From Octopus vulgaris (lineage: Eukaryota), in the NCBI GenBank assembly GCA_951406725.2, contig OX597817.1, positions 11,594,001-11,658,000 on the forward strand: 64,000 nt of DNA. Reading direction: 5' to 3'. Positions 41,596 through 54,304 of the stretch are shown here, one piece after another. How positions within the stretch are numbered: the first letter of the stretch is position 1; the number at the start of each line of letters is the position of its first letter. A program made the translations under genes and the position numbers. The notes under the pieces were generated by a model that saw only the letters and a list, made by a program, of their open reading frames with translations, made no database searches and was not told the origin of the DNA.

Positions 41596-41605
41596 GAGTA
41601 GTAGC

Positions 41606-41649
<44 letters not shown>

Positions 41650-41673
41650 CAGCAGCAGCAGCAGCAGCAGAAG

Positions 41674-41709
<36 letters not shown>

Positions 41710-42126
41710 CAGCAGAAGAAGAAGAAGAAGAAGAAGAAGAAGAAGAAGAAGAAGAAGAAGAAGAAGAAGAAGAAGAAGAGAAGAAGAAGAAGAAGAGGAG
41801 GAGGAGAAGAAGAAGAAGAAGAAGAAGAAGAAGAAGAAGAAGGAGAAGAAGAAGAAGAAGAAGAAGAAGAAGAGGAGGAGGAGGAGGAGGAGAAGAAGTA
41901 GAAGAAGAAGGAGGAGGAGAAGAAGAACAAGAAGAAGAAGAAGAAGAACAACAACAACAACAACGACAAGAACAAGAACAATAAAGAGGAGGAGGAGGAG
42001 GAGGAGGAGAAGAAGAAGGGGAGGAGGAGAAAAAGAAGAAGAAGAAGAAGAAGGGGAGGAAGAAGAAGAAGAAGAAGAAGAAGAAGAAGAAGAAGAAGAA
42101 GAAGAAGAAGAAGAAGAAGAAGAAGA
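41596..42126. repeat. Long compound purine-rich triplet array (AGT)(AGC)(AGA)(AGG)(AAC)n
   Basis: Directly visible; source of the 357-aa poly-S/R/E/K ORF. Confidence 0.95.
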
Positions 42127-42437
42127 CCAGCGACGAAGACGAATGTCAGTCAACTGTGAGAGGCATATACGATCAACAAGGAAAAGCTTGCCTTTGGATT
42201 CAGTTAGACTGCAGGATATATATAGGAGCAACTCACAAATAAAGGAGCTAAAACATTTTCTGAAAAATAAGTTGCAGAACTCGTATGTCTTGCGTTTCAG
42301 GCTTATAATGGTAATAGTGATCGTCGGTAAATAGTTTTAGTAAAGTGTAGTATCTGGATTGTTTGAAGACTTTTCAGTTCGTTTCTATACGTGGATTATA
42401 TAAATAATTTCTTTCTCCTCTCTCTCTCCTTCTCCCA

Positions 42438-42538
<101 letters not shown>

Positions 42539-42666
42539 TATGCCTCTTCGGGAATTCCCGAATATATTTTGTCGGGCTAATGATTACGGGTTACATATTT
42601 TATTCGCTCTCAGAATCATCTTTGAGTTTTTTACCCTGAGTGGCTGGATATAGCTTCCTTTGAACT

Positions 42667-42733
<67 letters not shown>

Positions 42734-42738
<5 letters not shown>

Positions 42739-43327
42739 AAATATTGAATTTCTAAATATCTCGTAGAGACCTGTACGGTGGTGGGGCGATAGAATGGTTG
42801 TATACTGTCAATCTAACAAGAACGTGACAGTAGGGGGTACACCACCGTTGTATAGCCCTAGGAGGCATCGAACGCCTCCTGACAGCCTCCTAGGGCTATA
42901 CAACGGTGGTGTACCCCCTACTGTCACGTTCTTGTTAGATTGACAGTATACAACCATTCTATCGCCCCACCACCGTACAGGTCTCTACGAGAGATTTAGA
43001 AATTCAATATTTCTTATTTTGATAATCAGTGAATAGACTTCACAGAGTTTACATATGTACAGATACGAAGTCCAGACAAATATCACCAGCCGACCGGTGT
43101 CTGCTACTCTAGGCCGATGAAGGACAATGATCCTGAAACACGGTGTCCCTAGATGCAGTTCTGGCGGTTGGGGGTGTTTGTCTCCCCTTCGTATATGTAT
43201 ATAAGGACACAGGGAAAAAATGTGTCGAAGCTGTCAGGAGGTGTTCGATGCCTCCTAGGGCTATACAACGGTGGTGTACCCCCTACTGTCACGTTCTTGT
43301 TAGATTGACAGTATACAACAATTCTAT
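42734..43327 (+). mobile_element. Retrozyme or PLE-pLTR-like element: 365-bp unit with 78-bp terminal redundancy, one HHR and a 133-bp inverted arm; inserted in (TA)n
   Basis: Inverted arms 42734-42866 and 42885-43017 (1 mismatch); direct repeats 42885-42962 and 43250-43327 (1 mismatch); HHR at 43101-43158. Confidence 0.8.
43101..43158 (+). ncRNA. Type-I hammerhead ribozyme
   Basis: CTGC-tac-TCTAGG-CCGATGA-AGGA-caatga-TCCT-GAAA-CACGGTG-TC-CCTAGA-t-GCAG: 6-bp stem I plus internal loop and extension, 4-bp stem II, short quasi-palindromic stem III, GUC site (cleavage after 43147); core has U4C. Confidence 0.8.
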
Positions 43328-43384
43328 ATATATATATATTTACACAAATTGTTAGCATGTATAAAAACTTAGATATATTTCGAC

Positions 43385-43680
43385 CAGGTCATGTCTAACT
43401 TAATAGCACCACCTGATAGGATTATCTAAATCCTTTTTAAGTCAAGTTTTGTTTATGCTCCATTCAAGTAGTGAGTTCTTGTTGAATGAGTTGTATCCAG
43501 GTATGGGTGGCTTGTCTGGTATTCCTTGATGAAATCTGTCCATTTAACGTTTAAAGGTGATGGGATCCTTTTCCTCTTTAATCAGGGTTGGGACAATGTT
43601 AAACAGGGCAGGGCCTGTTGAGGAAAATAAATTATGTCGCAGTGTACCTATATGTTGTGATCTTGAATTGGACAGAGTGT
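43385..43680 (-). mobile_element. LINE 3' fragment (CR1/L2/Crack group ORF2 C-terminus)
   Basis: TLRHNYFSSTGPALFNIVP..IKEEKDPITFKR*MDRFHQGIPDKPPIPGY..FNKNSLLEW. Confidence 0.75.
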
Positions 43681-43789
43681 CAGGATATTATTTTTGCTGA
43701 TCTGTCTGTTCTACTCTAAATATTTCAGTTTGTATGTATATGCATGAACGTGTTTTGCATTCGTATGCTTGTCCCCCTACAGTAAATTA

Positions 43790-44973
43790 TGAGGGTGAGC
43801 TGAAAGGTTCAGAGGCTGACTATGAAGGAGTGACACTAGAACTGAAATTTTGCATGCTTTAATTTCAACACTGACATCTGACTGTTCAAAGAGGACTTCA
43901 AAATAACTAGTAGTGACTCCTTCTGAAAATGGACAAAATTTGGCATCGATATGTTATCAAGTACCAGCAGAAAACGACATTCATGGTGACATGGTTGCTA
44001 CATTAGGGGCTGATGCTCCAGCTTTATCAACAATGCATAAGTGGGAAGCTGAATTTAGGCGAGAAGGGATAATCCTAGATGACCCAAGGTCTGAACGTTC
44101 TGCACCTGTCACCACCGGGGAAAACATTAATCGTTTTCACAACTTGATGAATGACAGGCGATTAACTAGAAATCAAATAGCCAATGCTCTCATAATCGTG
44201 AGAGTGTTGGAAATATTCTGCACATTGAAATTTTTATAACGAATGTTTCTGCTCGGTGGTGAACACACCTTCTAACACCTGATCAAAAGCGCACCAAATT
44301 GATCACGGGGAAATCTGACATTAATTGAGATAGTCCCAGTTGCTTTCCTTGAAATATTCTAAGTCGGAAAGAGTGTTGGGTTCATTACTTTGTGTCAGAG
44401 ACAAAGTGACAGTCCATGCAGTGGAAACACCCCTTCTCACCTGGTCCAAAGTACGCCAATGTCGTTTCATCTGCAGGGATTGTGACGGCCTCAAAGTTTG
44501 GGGATACAAAAAACATTGTGTTTATTGACTATCTTCAAAAGGTTCACCCTAAGACAACCTGCTAAGGTAGTTACGAAAGGCTGTCAAGAGCAAGCGCTCA
44601 GAAAAAACTTAGATATCTTGATGAAACAGATGTCTTGTTTCATCGGGACAATACTCTACTACACAAGTCCTTACTTTCAATGGCTGTAATGCGTGACTAT
44701 AGATTTGAACTGGTTGATCGGATTCCCTATTTTCTTGATTTGGCCTCATGTAACTATCATCTGTTCCCCAACATGAAAAAACACTTGGCTGGAAACCAGT
44801 GTCGCAGTGGTGATGACATCGTGTCTGCTGTTGATGAATTTCACCAATGAGATCCAAGTACTGTAACACCGATGAAAGAAGTGTGTGGACCACCAGGAGG
44901 ACTATGTTGAAATATAAACCTCATTCGATGACATTCCATGAGAATATCTTGGTCAGCCTATCAGCCGACCCCG
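43790..44973 (+). mobile_element. Near full-length decayed mariner with TIRs and TA flanks
   Basis: TA|tgagggtgagctgaaaggttcagaggctgac ... gtcagcctatcagccgaccccg|TA; peptides DMVATLGADAPALSTMHKWEAEFRR..DDPRS, DRRLT, FHRDN, PYFLDLASCNYHLFPNMKKHLAG. Confidence 0.9.
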
Positions 44974-46357
44974 TAATTGTGAATATTGCAAATATTTTCA
45001 TACTTGTTTTCCCAAGTCCCCTCGATAATAACGTACCTTCTCATCACCTCGAGTTCAATAAAAAAGTACCAGTAATATTTTGTTTCAATTTTTGTTACGG
45101 AACCGAGTGCTTTACAAAACTAAAATATTTTCATATTTGTTCAGTTTTGTGTGTCAATGTAATTATCCAGCAATATGTCAAAGTATGTAGTATCGTTTCA
45201 ATGAGCTTCTGAATATAAAACCATGCTTAGTACATGAAGTAAAGTAACTTGGTGTGCCATGAGAAGAATGGGATAATCTTTGTAGGAATATATATTCATT
45301 GAAGAATGAGAGCTTCTGCTTTAACACCAGATCGTTTTCTCTTTGGAAAACTCTGTATTACTCCATGCATTCTCTTCTTGTTAAATTAACTATTGTTTAT
45401 AAAGACCACCACTAGTCAAGATTAGTTCTTAAGATTCTCTATCCATCTCCGTTCTGTAGGTGTTTATGAGTTTCAGTATGTAAACATATGGATATGTGTA
45501 TGTGTGTGTTTCATGTGCGAAAGCCCATGATTTTCTGCTCACGTATACGTTCGTGTATTTGTATGTGTTTGTGCGTATGTAAGGTTATATATCTTTTAAC
45601 CCTCAATCTCCTGACATTGCTAACATACTTAACATTACTACGGGGCGGATCTCACGGCCGCACATATTGTTTACTTCTCAGGAAACAAATGAAAAATGTC
45701 AAATTTCTACAGATCCTTATGAGTCCGAACGCATCACTGTAAACGTTCTTTTCTTATTTTTGAAATCCACATTAAATAATGGAATTTTTTGTTTGTTTTG
45801 ACTCGAAACCGCACTCTTTGGAATTTTTCTATGAAATTTTACTCGAAATTTTGCCGACACAGTGAAAACGTCATAATAACATAAAGAAAAATAATAATAA
45901 TAATAATAATAAATAAATGAAAAATAGATGCTGGAATTTAACCCCCACCCCCAAACAATATAATACTACAGTCGTCAGCAGGAAAAATTATATTGCGCTC
46001 AATAGGTCAAAAAGTTACTTCTAAAAAATTAGTAAACAAAGTACATCGAATATTATTACTAATGTTTATAGGTTGTTAGGTGGCGAGCGCTGTTACATTT
46101 AATAAAATTTCACTTTGCTAACACTGTTTGGAAAAGAATCTACACTATAACCTTTCTAGCCTCTCTTTTGACTACGAATCAATATTTCATGTGATCATAG
46201 AAAAAAGTGAACTTCCAACGACCCATCTGAAGTAGAACAATCGGTATTCTTTGAGAAAACGCAACGTGAAGGGACAATAAAAAGAAGTAAACAAAAACAG
46301 AAAATTGCATCTATTGCTTGGTTGAATGAATTAACTCATAATCGTAAAATACGTTAT

Positions 46358-46765
46358 ACTCTTTTACTTGTTTTCAGTCATTTTGACTGCGGCCATGCTG
46401 GAGCACCGCCTTTAGTCGAGCAAATCGATCCCCGGGACTTATTCTTTCGTAAGCCCAGTACTTATTCTATCGGTCTCTTTTTGCCGAACCGCTAAGTGAC
46501 GGGGACGTAAACACACCAGCATCGGTTGTCAAGCAATGCTAGGTTGACAAACACAGACACACAAACACACACAGGTATATATATATATATATATATATAT
46601 ACGACAGGCTTCTTTCAGTTTCCGTCTACCAAATCCACTCACAAGGCATTGGTCGGCCCGGGGCTATAGCAGAAGGCACTTGCCCAAGATGCCACGCAGT
46701 GGGACTGAACCGGGGACCATGTGGTTGGTTAGCAAGCTACTTACCACACAGCCACTCCTGCGCCT
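46358..46765 (-). mobile_element. SINE-A, full length
   Basis: Complete element. Confidence 0.9.
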
Positions 46766-46967
46766 ATACATACAAAAATATATGCATGTATATACATACA
46801 TATATGTACACACAGATACATACGCACAGACACTCAGACACACAGACACACACGCACATATATATGTTTATATGTGTGTGTGTTTGCATGTGAGTAGGTG
46901 AGCGTATGTGTGCGCGAGTACTTGTGTGTGTGCGTGTGTTTGAGTAACTAAAACATGGAAAAAGAAA

Positions 46968-47133
46968 AGGAGTGGCTGTGTGGTAAGTAGCTTGTTTACC
47001 AACCACAAGGTTCCGGGTTCAGTCCCACTGCGTGGCATCTTGGGCAAGTGTCCTCTGCCTTAGCCCCGGGCCGACCAATGCCTTCTGAGTGGATTTGGTA
47101 GACGGAAACTGAAAGAAGCCTGTCGTATATATG

Positions 47134-47168
<35 letters not shown>

Positions 47169-47380
47169 TTGTGTGTCTGTGTTTGTTCCCCTAGCATTGC
47201 TTGACAACCGATGCTGGTGTGTTTATGTCTCTGTCACTTAGCGGTTCGGCAAAAAGAGACCGATAGAATAAGTACTGGGCTTACAAAAAGAATAAGTCCC
47301 GTGGTCGAGTTGCTCGACTAAAGTCGGTGCCCCAGCATGGCCGCAGTCAAATGACTGAAACAAGTAACAGAGTAAAAGAG
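46968..47380 (+). mobile_element. SINE-A, full length
   Basis: Complete element, head-to-head with the previous copy. Confidence 0.9.
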
Positions 47381-48825
47381 TATATATATATATATACACA
47401 AATATAAGAGGGTGACCACCATATGGTCGACTCTTGCGCTAAAAATAGATCCGCTATGGTATTAGCCACTATATATATATATATAGACTAAAGGCGGTGC
47501 CCCAGCATGGCCGCAGTCAAATGACTGAAACAAGTAAAAAGAGTAAGAAGAAACAAAAAGGAGTGAAAGGCGTTTCATTCTGATATTCGAATTAATTTGT
47601 ATGTTGTGTTCTATAGCAAAAGCCCCATTTGTAAAATGCACCAAGTCTGCATTTTGCCGTTCTGTTGTTAAATGCCGCTGTTAAGGAGACGAAGCCAAGT
47701 ATTACATACACGCTTCTTTTCTTTTTAGTTTGTCTCTTTACAAAATCTCTTAACTACTTAGTATTCAATCGACTATATTATTATATATAACCCCGCCACT
47801 TATCTCTGATACTTAGGATCCTATCTCTTTCAATCTCTTTATTTCTGGGTAGCATTAATGTTTTCATTCCCCACTCTTCTCAACAATTCTATGATCCTTT
47901 CCTTTAACACATCTTTCATACACTCAATTCTGTTTAAGCGTGTTCTTAGATTAGAAAGAAAAAAAAAAAAAAGACAAAAACAAAAACAAAAAAAAAAACG
48001 AAAAGCTATAGCTATATTCATCGACACTTTACTCGTTGAAAGGGCTTCGTCATATTCACAAAGTACACCTCTTCGCAACAATATCAAATGTCTCTTGCAG
48101 ACAACATCTTGTTTTTAAACAACGGAATTGTGGTTAAAAATCTTATGGGAGTTTGCTGCTTGTGTTTCTAATTGCTTTTCTTTTCTTTTTTATTTGTCTT
48201 TTATATAGTTATTAATTGCTTCTCCATCGACAGAGCCAAGCAGATCTATTAAGTTTTTGATTCAGAAATAATTGTTCTAAGAAAAATAAAAAAAAGACAC
48301 GGAATGCCTTTGCTGCCTTGTAGGGGTTTTTCGACTGTTCCCTTACACGTTATCATGTTTTCTAACCCCCTTATTCAAAAAAAAAGTTCAATGTAATATC
48401 CAAAGAAAAAGGAATACTTAAAACATATGAATACACAAATTTGACGACGAAAATCCTGTGTATTTTTTAATATTCAAATTACTTAAGGCGGCAAGATGGC
48501 AGATCTACTCGGTTTATTAAACATTGTCCATTAAAATACTTTAAACCTCTCTTTATAGCGTCAAACCTTAACGTGCAGAAGAAACACGTCTGGCAACTAA
48601 AATATCGTGTTTTTAACTGCTATTGTAGCTTCTGTGTGTTCCCTAGATAACTGTAAATAGATACATTTTCTTTCATAAATTCTATATGAATTCGGTTATG
48701 AATCAGAGAAGATGGAATCAATTTTATGTTACAGTTTACTTTCGAGTGAACTGGGAGTAAAATATCACATGATAAAGTCGCTCAGCAGAAATAACGGAAA
48801 CACTAATATATCATAAATAATTAGT

Positions 48826-49234
48826 AGGAGTGGCTGTGTGGTAAGTAGCTTGTTTACCAACCACATGGTTCCGGGTTCAGTCCCACTGCGTGGCATCTTG
48901 GGCAAGTGTCTTCTGCTATAGCCTCGGGCCGACCAAAGCCTTGTGAGTGGATTTGGTAGACGGAAACTGAAAGAAGCCCGTCGTATATATGTATATATAT
49001 ATATGTGTGTGCGTGTGTGTGTTTGTGTGTCTGTGATTGTCTCCCTAGCATTGCTTGACAACCGATGCTGGTGTGTTTATGTCCCCGTTTCTTAGCGGTT
49101 CGGCAAAAGAGACCGATAGAATAAGTACTGGGCTTACAAAAGAATAAGTCCCGGGGTCGAGTTGCTCGATTTAAGGCGGTGCTCCAGCATGGCCGCAGTC
49201 AAATGACTGAAACAAGTAAAAGAGAGTAAAAGAG
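48826..49234 (+). mobile_element. SINE-A, full length
   Basis: Complete element. Confidence 0.9.
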
Positions 49235-51300
49235 TAACTGGTCCACAGGATAGATGTAAAATAAAAGGGTGTATAGAAATGTCTAAACACTTTGGGAGAG
49301 CGAGATAGATGATAGATAAATAGAGAGAGAGAGGGGGGTAAGAAAGAAGAAAGGAAAGAAATACGGGAAAGTGAAGCGATGAGAGATAGAGAGAAAATGA
49401 AAAGAGTACGCATGATTCTACTTTACAACATATTTATGTTGCCTGTGAATGTCATTGATCAACCATATGAGAAAGTAAAAGTTATTTGATTCTGTTTTAT
49501 TGACGGGGTAGTACCTAATACCAGTTGCAGCAAGTGTGTCAGACTATTGAATAAAACTCCAGCAAGGGAATAGAACTGTGTAATACGAGAATACGTTGCG
49601 ACCTCATTAAATCATTATCTCGTAAACACGCAAGCCTCATACACGACGTTGAGGGCAATTAACCCTAATATATCTTCAATTGGACAAGCTGTTTATACAT
49701 TATAGCAGAAAACAGGAAAACATCCAATTTGTGTATATAACATAAGTCTGCCTTCGATATTTTTTTTTTCTGTTAATAATTCAAACGTTGGAAGTTTTAT
49801 ATCATGTGGAAGAAGTGAATACCAAATTTCTGAGCAGGACCTTTTGACGGTGAAAAATGTCAACTGGGTTTGAAGGGTGTATAAACCGGAATTAGTGAGA
49901 CAGAGGTGGGTGGAAGAGAAATAAATGTGGAGAGCAACGGTGGAAAAGAAGAGAAAATAAAAAGAACGCTGATAGAAGTGGAAGTCATTGAGAGATGAAC
50001 AAGGGGGAAACAACGAGTGAAAATGCTACATAGACATACGAACACACACATGCATATTCATTAGAAAGAGAAGACCGATAGCCATGTTTTTTTGCAGCTC
50101 CTTCCCCGTTTGAGGAGTTCGTTTCGGTACAATGCAGTATTGTAGAAGAACTGTACTAAGCCGAGTGTGAGATTCCAGAAAATGTGATAAAGTACTTAGT
50201 AGAAAATCAGATTAAATATACAGGGAGAGACAATTGTGCCGTATGTGCCCGAATGGGACTGATAGGTAGTGGCAGTAGACGAAGGAGAAACATTTTAGTG
50301 AATTTTTGCCAATCATTTGGATCACGATCGTGTCTGCTTGTAGAAGAGACTCCAAGTTACGTGAGCGGGTGTTAAATTTAATTTTACTTGAGTTTTGTAA
50401 AAACAAAAAACAGTTTAGAATTGAAGTATTTTCTGGCATCAGAGAGGCAGTTTCGCATTTAAAAATCAAATTCTAAAGGTAATGGAAAAGGCATGATAAA
50501 AAAAATGGACGATCAATAGTCTCTTAGAATTAGACATCCTTAATTTATGTTATTTACAGAATATAATGTTGCATAGAATGTGAATGTACCTTAATTTTCA
50601 TTACACCATACATGATGCAATGCGTGGATGAAGACAGAATTAATCACTTATATACGTTCAGAAAAAAATAAATCGTTTATGAGATCTGGGTAAGAAAACA
50701 CGAATCTCGACATGAAATAACTGAACTGAACAGATTTCATGGATTATTAATCATCCGATCGCTCAGCCGCTGACCATATGATCAATTTGATTTTATCACG
50801 ATATCTCTCTAACAAATATTGCGTGTTTCTCTGGGTTGCCAATGTGCTTCAAGTAAAACTCGCAGAAAATCATCTATTTCCCATAGTTAGCTTAATTGTG
50901 GTACTTACAAACAATAAAACAAAAATAACGGATATCAACACATATGATGAAGGTTGGGCAGAGGATGGTGGTGGCAGTGGAGATTGTTAAGTTCTGCACA
51001 TAGATAACTAGAATTCAAAATGGGTTATTATTACAATCCAGAAGAAAGTCAGCGTACAATACTGCTACAAGTAGTGATACATGCATCATGTGAGGGTAAC
51101 TACGGTGCTAAACTTTGGCTGGATTTAACAGGATTTATAATAGACGAGGAGAGGAGTATGTATAGACGCAGGAAAAAACTGAACCTTGCATTAAATACTG
51201 GAATTTTCTAAATCTAGTCAGCATTTCTAACCTTGAGTTACATAAAACTTATAATTGTATGACTATTCCCCCAATATGTATTTGTTATGCAAATACTCAA

Positions 51301-51695
51301 TGGCTGTGTGGTAAGTAGCTTGCTAACTAACCACATGGTTCTGGGTTCAGTCCCACTGCGTGGCATCTTGGGCAAGTGTTTTCTGCTATAGCCCCGGGCT
51401 GACCAATGCCTTGTGAGTGGATTTGGTAGACGGAAACTGAAAGAAGCCTGTCGTATATATGTATATATATATATATGTGTGTATGTATGTGTTTGTGTGT
51501 CTGTGTTTGTCCCCCTAGCATTGCTTGACAACCGATGCTGGTGTGTTTACGTCCCCGTCACTTAGCGGTTCGGCAAAAGAGACCGATAGAATACGTACTG
51601 GGCTTACAAAGAATAAGTCCCGGGGTCGATTTGCTCGACTAAAGGCGGTGCTCCAGCATGGCCGCAGTCGAATGACTGAAACAAGTAAAAGAGAG
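51301..51695 (+). mobile_element. SINE-A, near full length
   Basis: Complete body and tail. Confidence 0.9.
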
Positions 51696-52415
51696 TAACT
51701 GCAGAGATCAAATAATTCTAAAAAAACCAGGTTGAGAAAATGAAGAAACTTTCAGGCTTTTTATCTGATTGAATAATATTCAGACGGACCGAGTTAGAAG
51801 AGAGTCAAGTTACCGGTTGAAGAGTTAATGATATCTACTCTGCCACCTGAGATAATAGTGTATATCTCCTATATTCTTTACTTTCAGTGACTTAATACAG
51901 ATAATCGTGCCATTGTTATGGTTCAGTTAAGCGCTATAAGTAACAAGAATACTGTATAATTAACAGCATTTTTATTACCTTAATGAATCTGGGCATGAGA
52001 CGACTACTCTCACAGTTTTACTATTTCATCCTGCTCTATTGCTTTAGTATTAATAATGGTTGGAAATAAGCAGAATGTAGGGATAGGTAAGTCAAAACAA
52101 TACCACTAGTAATTGGGGCACTAAGTATAATATAAATGGTACAAGAAATATATCAGAACCTTACTGGAACTTATACATTTACACAGATTTAAAATGCCCT
52201 TCTAAGCATAGCCCATATTCACACAAGACACTTTTAATTCCATAGCGCAACCCATGCATCACGTTCTACACATTCAACGTCCAACGTCATAACACAATCA
52301 ACACAACACGATACTTCAACACAACTCGCACAGCTTTTAGTCTTCACACTCACCGTCTAATGTAAATAACCACTCATGCGACACATGCTCTACACATCTC
52401 ACGTTCTATATTATA

Positions 52416-52805
52416 GTGGAGGCGCAATGGCCCAGTGGTTAGGGCAGCGGACTCGCGGTCGCAGGATCGCGGTTTCGATTCCCAGACCGGGCGTTGTGAG
52501 TGTTTATTGAGCGAAAACACCTAAAGCTCCACGAGGCTCCGGCAGGGGATGGTGTACTTGGTGATCCCTGCTGTACTCTTTCACCACAACTTTCTCTCAC
52601 TCTTTCTTCCTGTTTCTGTTGTACCTGTATTTCAAAGGGCCGGCCTTGTCACTCTTTGTGTCACGCTGAATATCCCCGAGAACTACGTTAAGGGTACACG
52701 TGTCTGTGGAGTGCTCAGCCACTTACACATTAATTTCACGAGCAGGCTGTTCCGTTGGTCGGATCAACCGGAACCCTCATCGTCGTAACCGACGGAGTGC
52801 TTCCC
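52416..52805 (+). mobile_element. tRNA-headed SINE (OR-like head, different 3' body)
   Basis: A box TGGCCCAGTGG, B box GTTTCGATTCC; exact 12-bp TSD ttctatattata at 52404-52415 and 52806-52817. Confidence 0.9.
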
Positions 52806-53092
52806 TTCTATATTATAACACAATCTGCACATCATAGATTCTAATTAATCACAATCCCACAATATAACACAACTTACAGAATACAGATACTAGATCATCG
52901 ATAGCAGAATTATATCACAACTCACACATATTCTACGCAATTACCATTCAATAAACACAATCCACACAGCATATATGAAACACTAACGTAACATGAGGAG
53001 TTACAAAATAAACTCTACAATATCCAATATTGCAAAAACAACATCCTACTCCCTCGAACGCAATGCTGCTCACAATTCAGAAACATATAGGT

Positions 53093-53394
53093 TGTTGTTC
53101 ATTCTCAAGCCATGCCTGGCTCATTAGGGCCGGTTTCCCGGTTTCCTTGGCGTATAGGCTCCCCACCTGGACGGGACGCCGGTCCGTCGCAGGTGAGCTG
53201 CAAGATGCAGGAGGAAAGAGTGAGAGAAAGTTGTGGCGAAAGAGTCAGCAGAAGTTCGCCATTACTTTCTGCCGGAGCCGCGTGAAGCTTAGGTGTTTCG
53301 CTCATAAACACACACATCGCCCGGTCTGAGATTCGAACCCGCGATCCCTCGACCGCGTGTCCGCTGCTCTAACTACTAGGCCATGTGCCTCCAC
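53093..53394 (-). mobile_element. tRNA-headed SINE (family C, OR-like)
   Basis: 12-bp TSD aaacatataggt; near-identical to 7016-7317. Confidence 0.9.
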
Positions 53395-53929
53395 AAACAT
53401 ATAGGTGATGTAGAAGCACGCCCGAATCTGTTTGAAAAAGTGATTATTATAATTTTAAAAATAAGATCTATGCCACGAATCCTAGAGAACAATAGAGCAG
53501 TTTCTTATCGACACCAATACCTGACTGGTACTTACTTAAAAGACTCGAGAAAGATCAAAAATAAAACCAGAACCAGTGGATTTTTAACTCAAAATGTGAA
53601 AAAGCGTAACTAAATAATCTAAATGGCATGGTGTCCGCCACTCTGTCAAAGTTCTGGATTTGGACATAATTTTGTGGAAGAACGAAAATGAAAATAAAAA
53701 GATAATTGTTTTTAACAGTTAATGCTTCTAATATAACCACAACGTCAGAAATTTGAAGGCACGTTTTAAAGTTTGAATGGTAATATATTTTATTTACCTG
53801 GAAAAGTATAATGGTAGTATAACATCGGTGGGTTTTGAACTCAAAGCATAAAGATCTTGAATGAATACTGTAGGGGTATCTTGCCTGACTCTTTAACAAC
53901 TGAGCCCGTTCAACTTAAAATGATAATAA

Positions 53930-54134
53930 TCTTTTCTGCTATAGGCATGTGGCCCAAAATATTGAGGAAGTGGGATAGTCGATTACATCGACATAGTACT
54001 CAACAGGTACTTATTTCATCGACCCCAAAATGATGAAAAGCAGAGTCGAATTCGGCGGAATTTGAACTCACAACGTAAAGACAGACGAAATGCTTCTAAG
54101 CATGTTCTTCGGCGTTCTAGGTATTCTGCCTTAC
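53930..54134 (-). mobile_element. Older SINE-B copy
   Basis: gtcgattacatcgac..ggtacttatttcatcgacccc..gtcgaattcggcggaatttgaactc. Confidence 0.75.
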
Positions 54135-54137
54135 TTC

Positions 54138-54304
<167 letters not shown>

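Noticed and set aside
41261-42334. 357-aa ORF, the longest in the window
   Set aside because: Mostly a translation of the triplet microsatellite (poly-S/R/E/K); no domain and no splice support
52416-52490. tRNA gene
   Set aside because: The A and B boxes belong to a SINE head with a body and a 12-bp TSD; no proper acceptor stem
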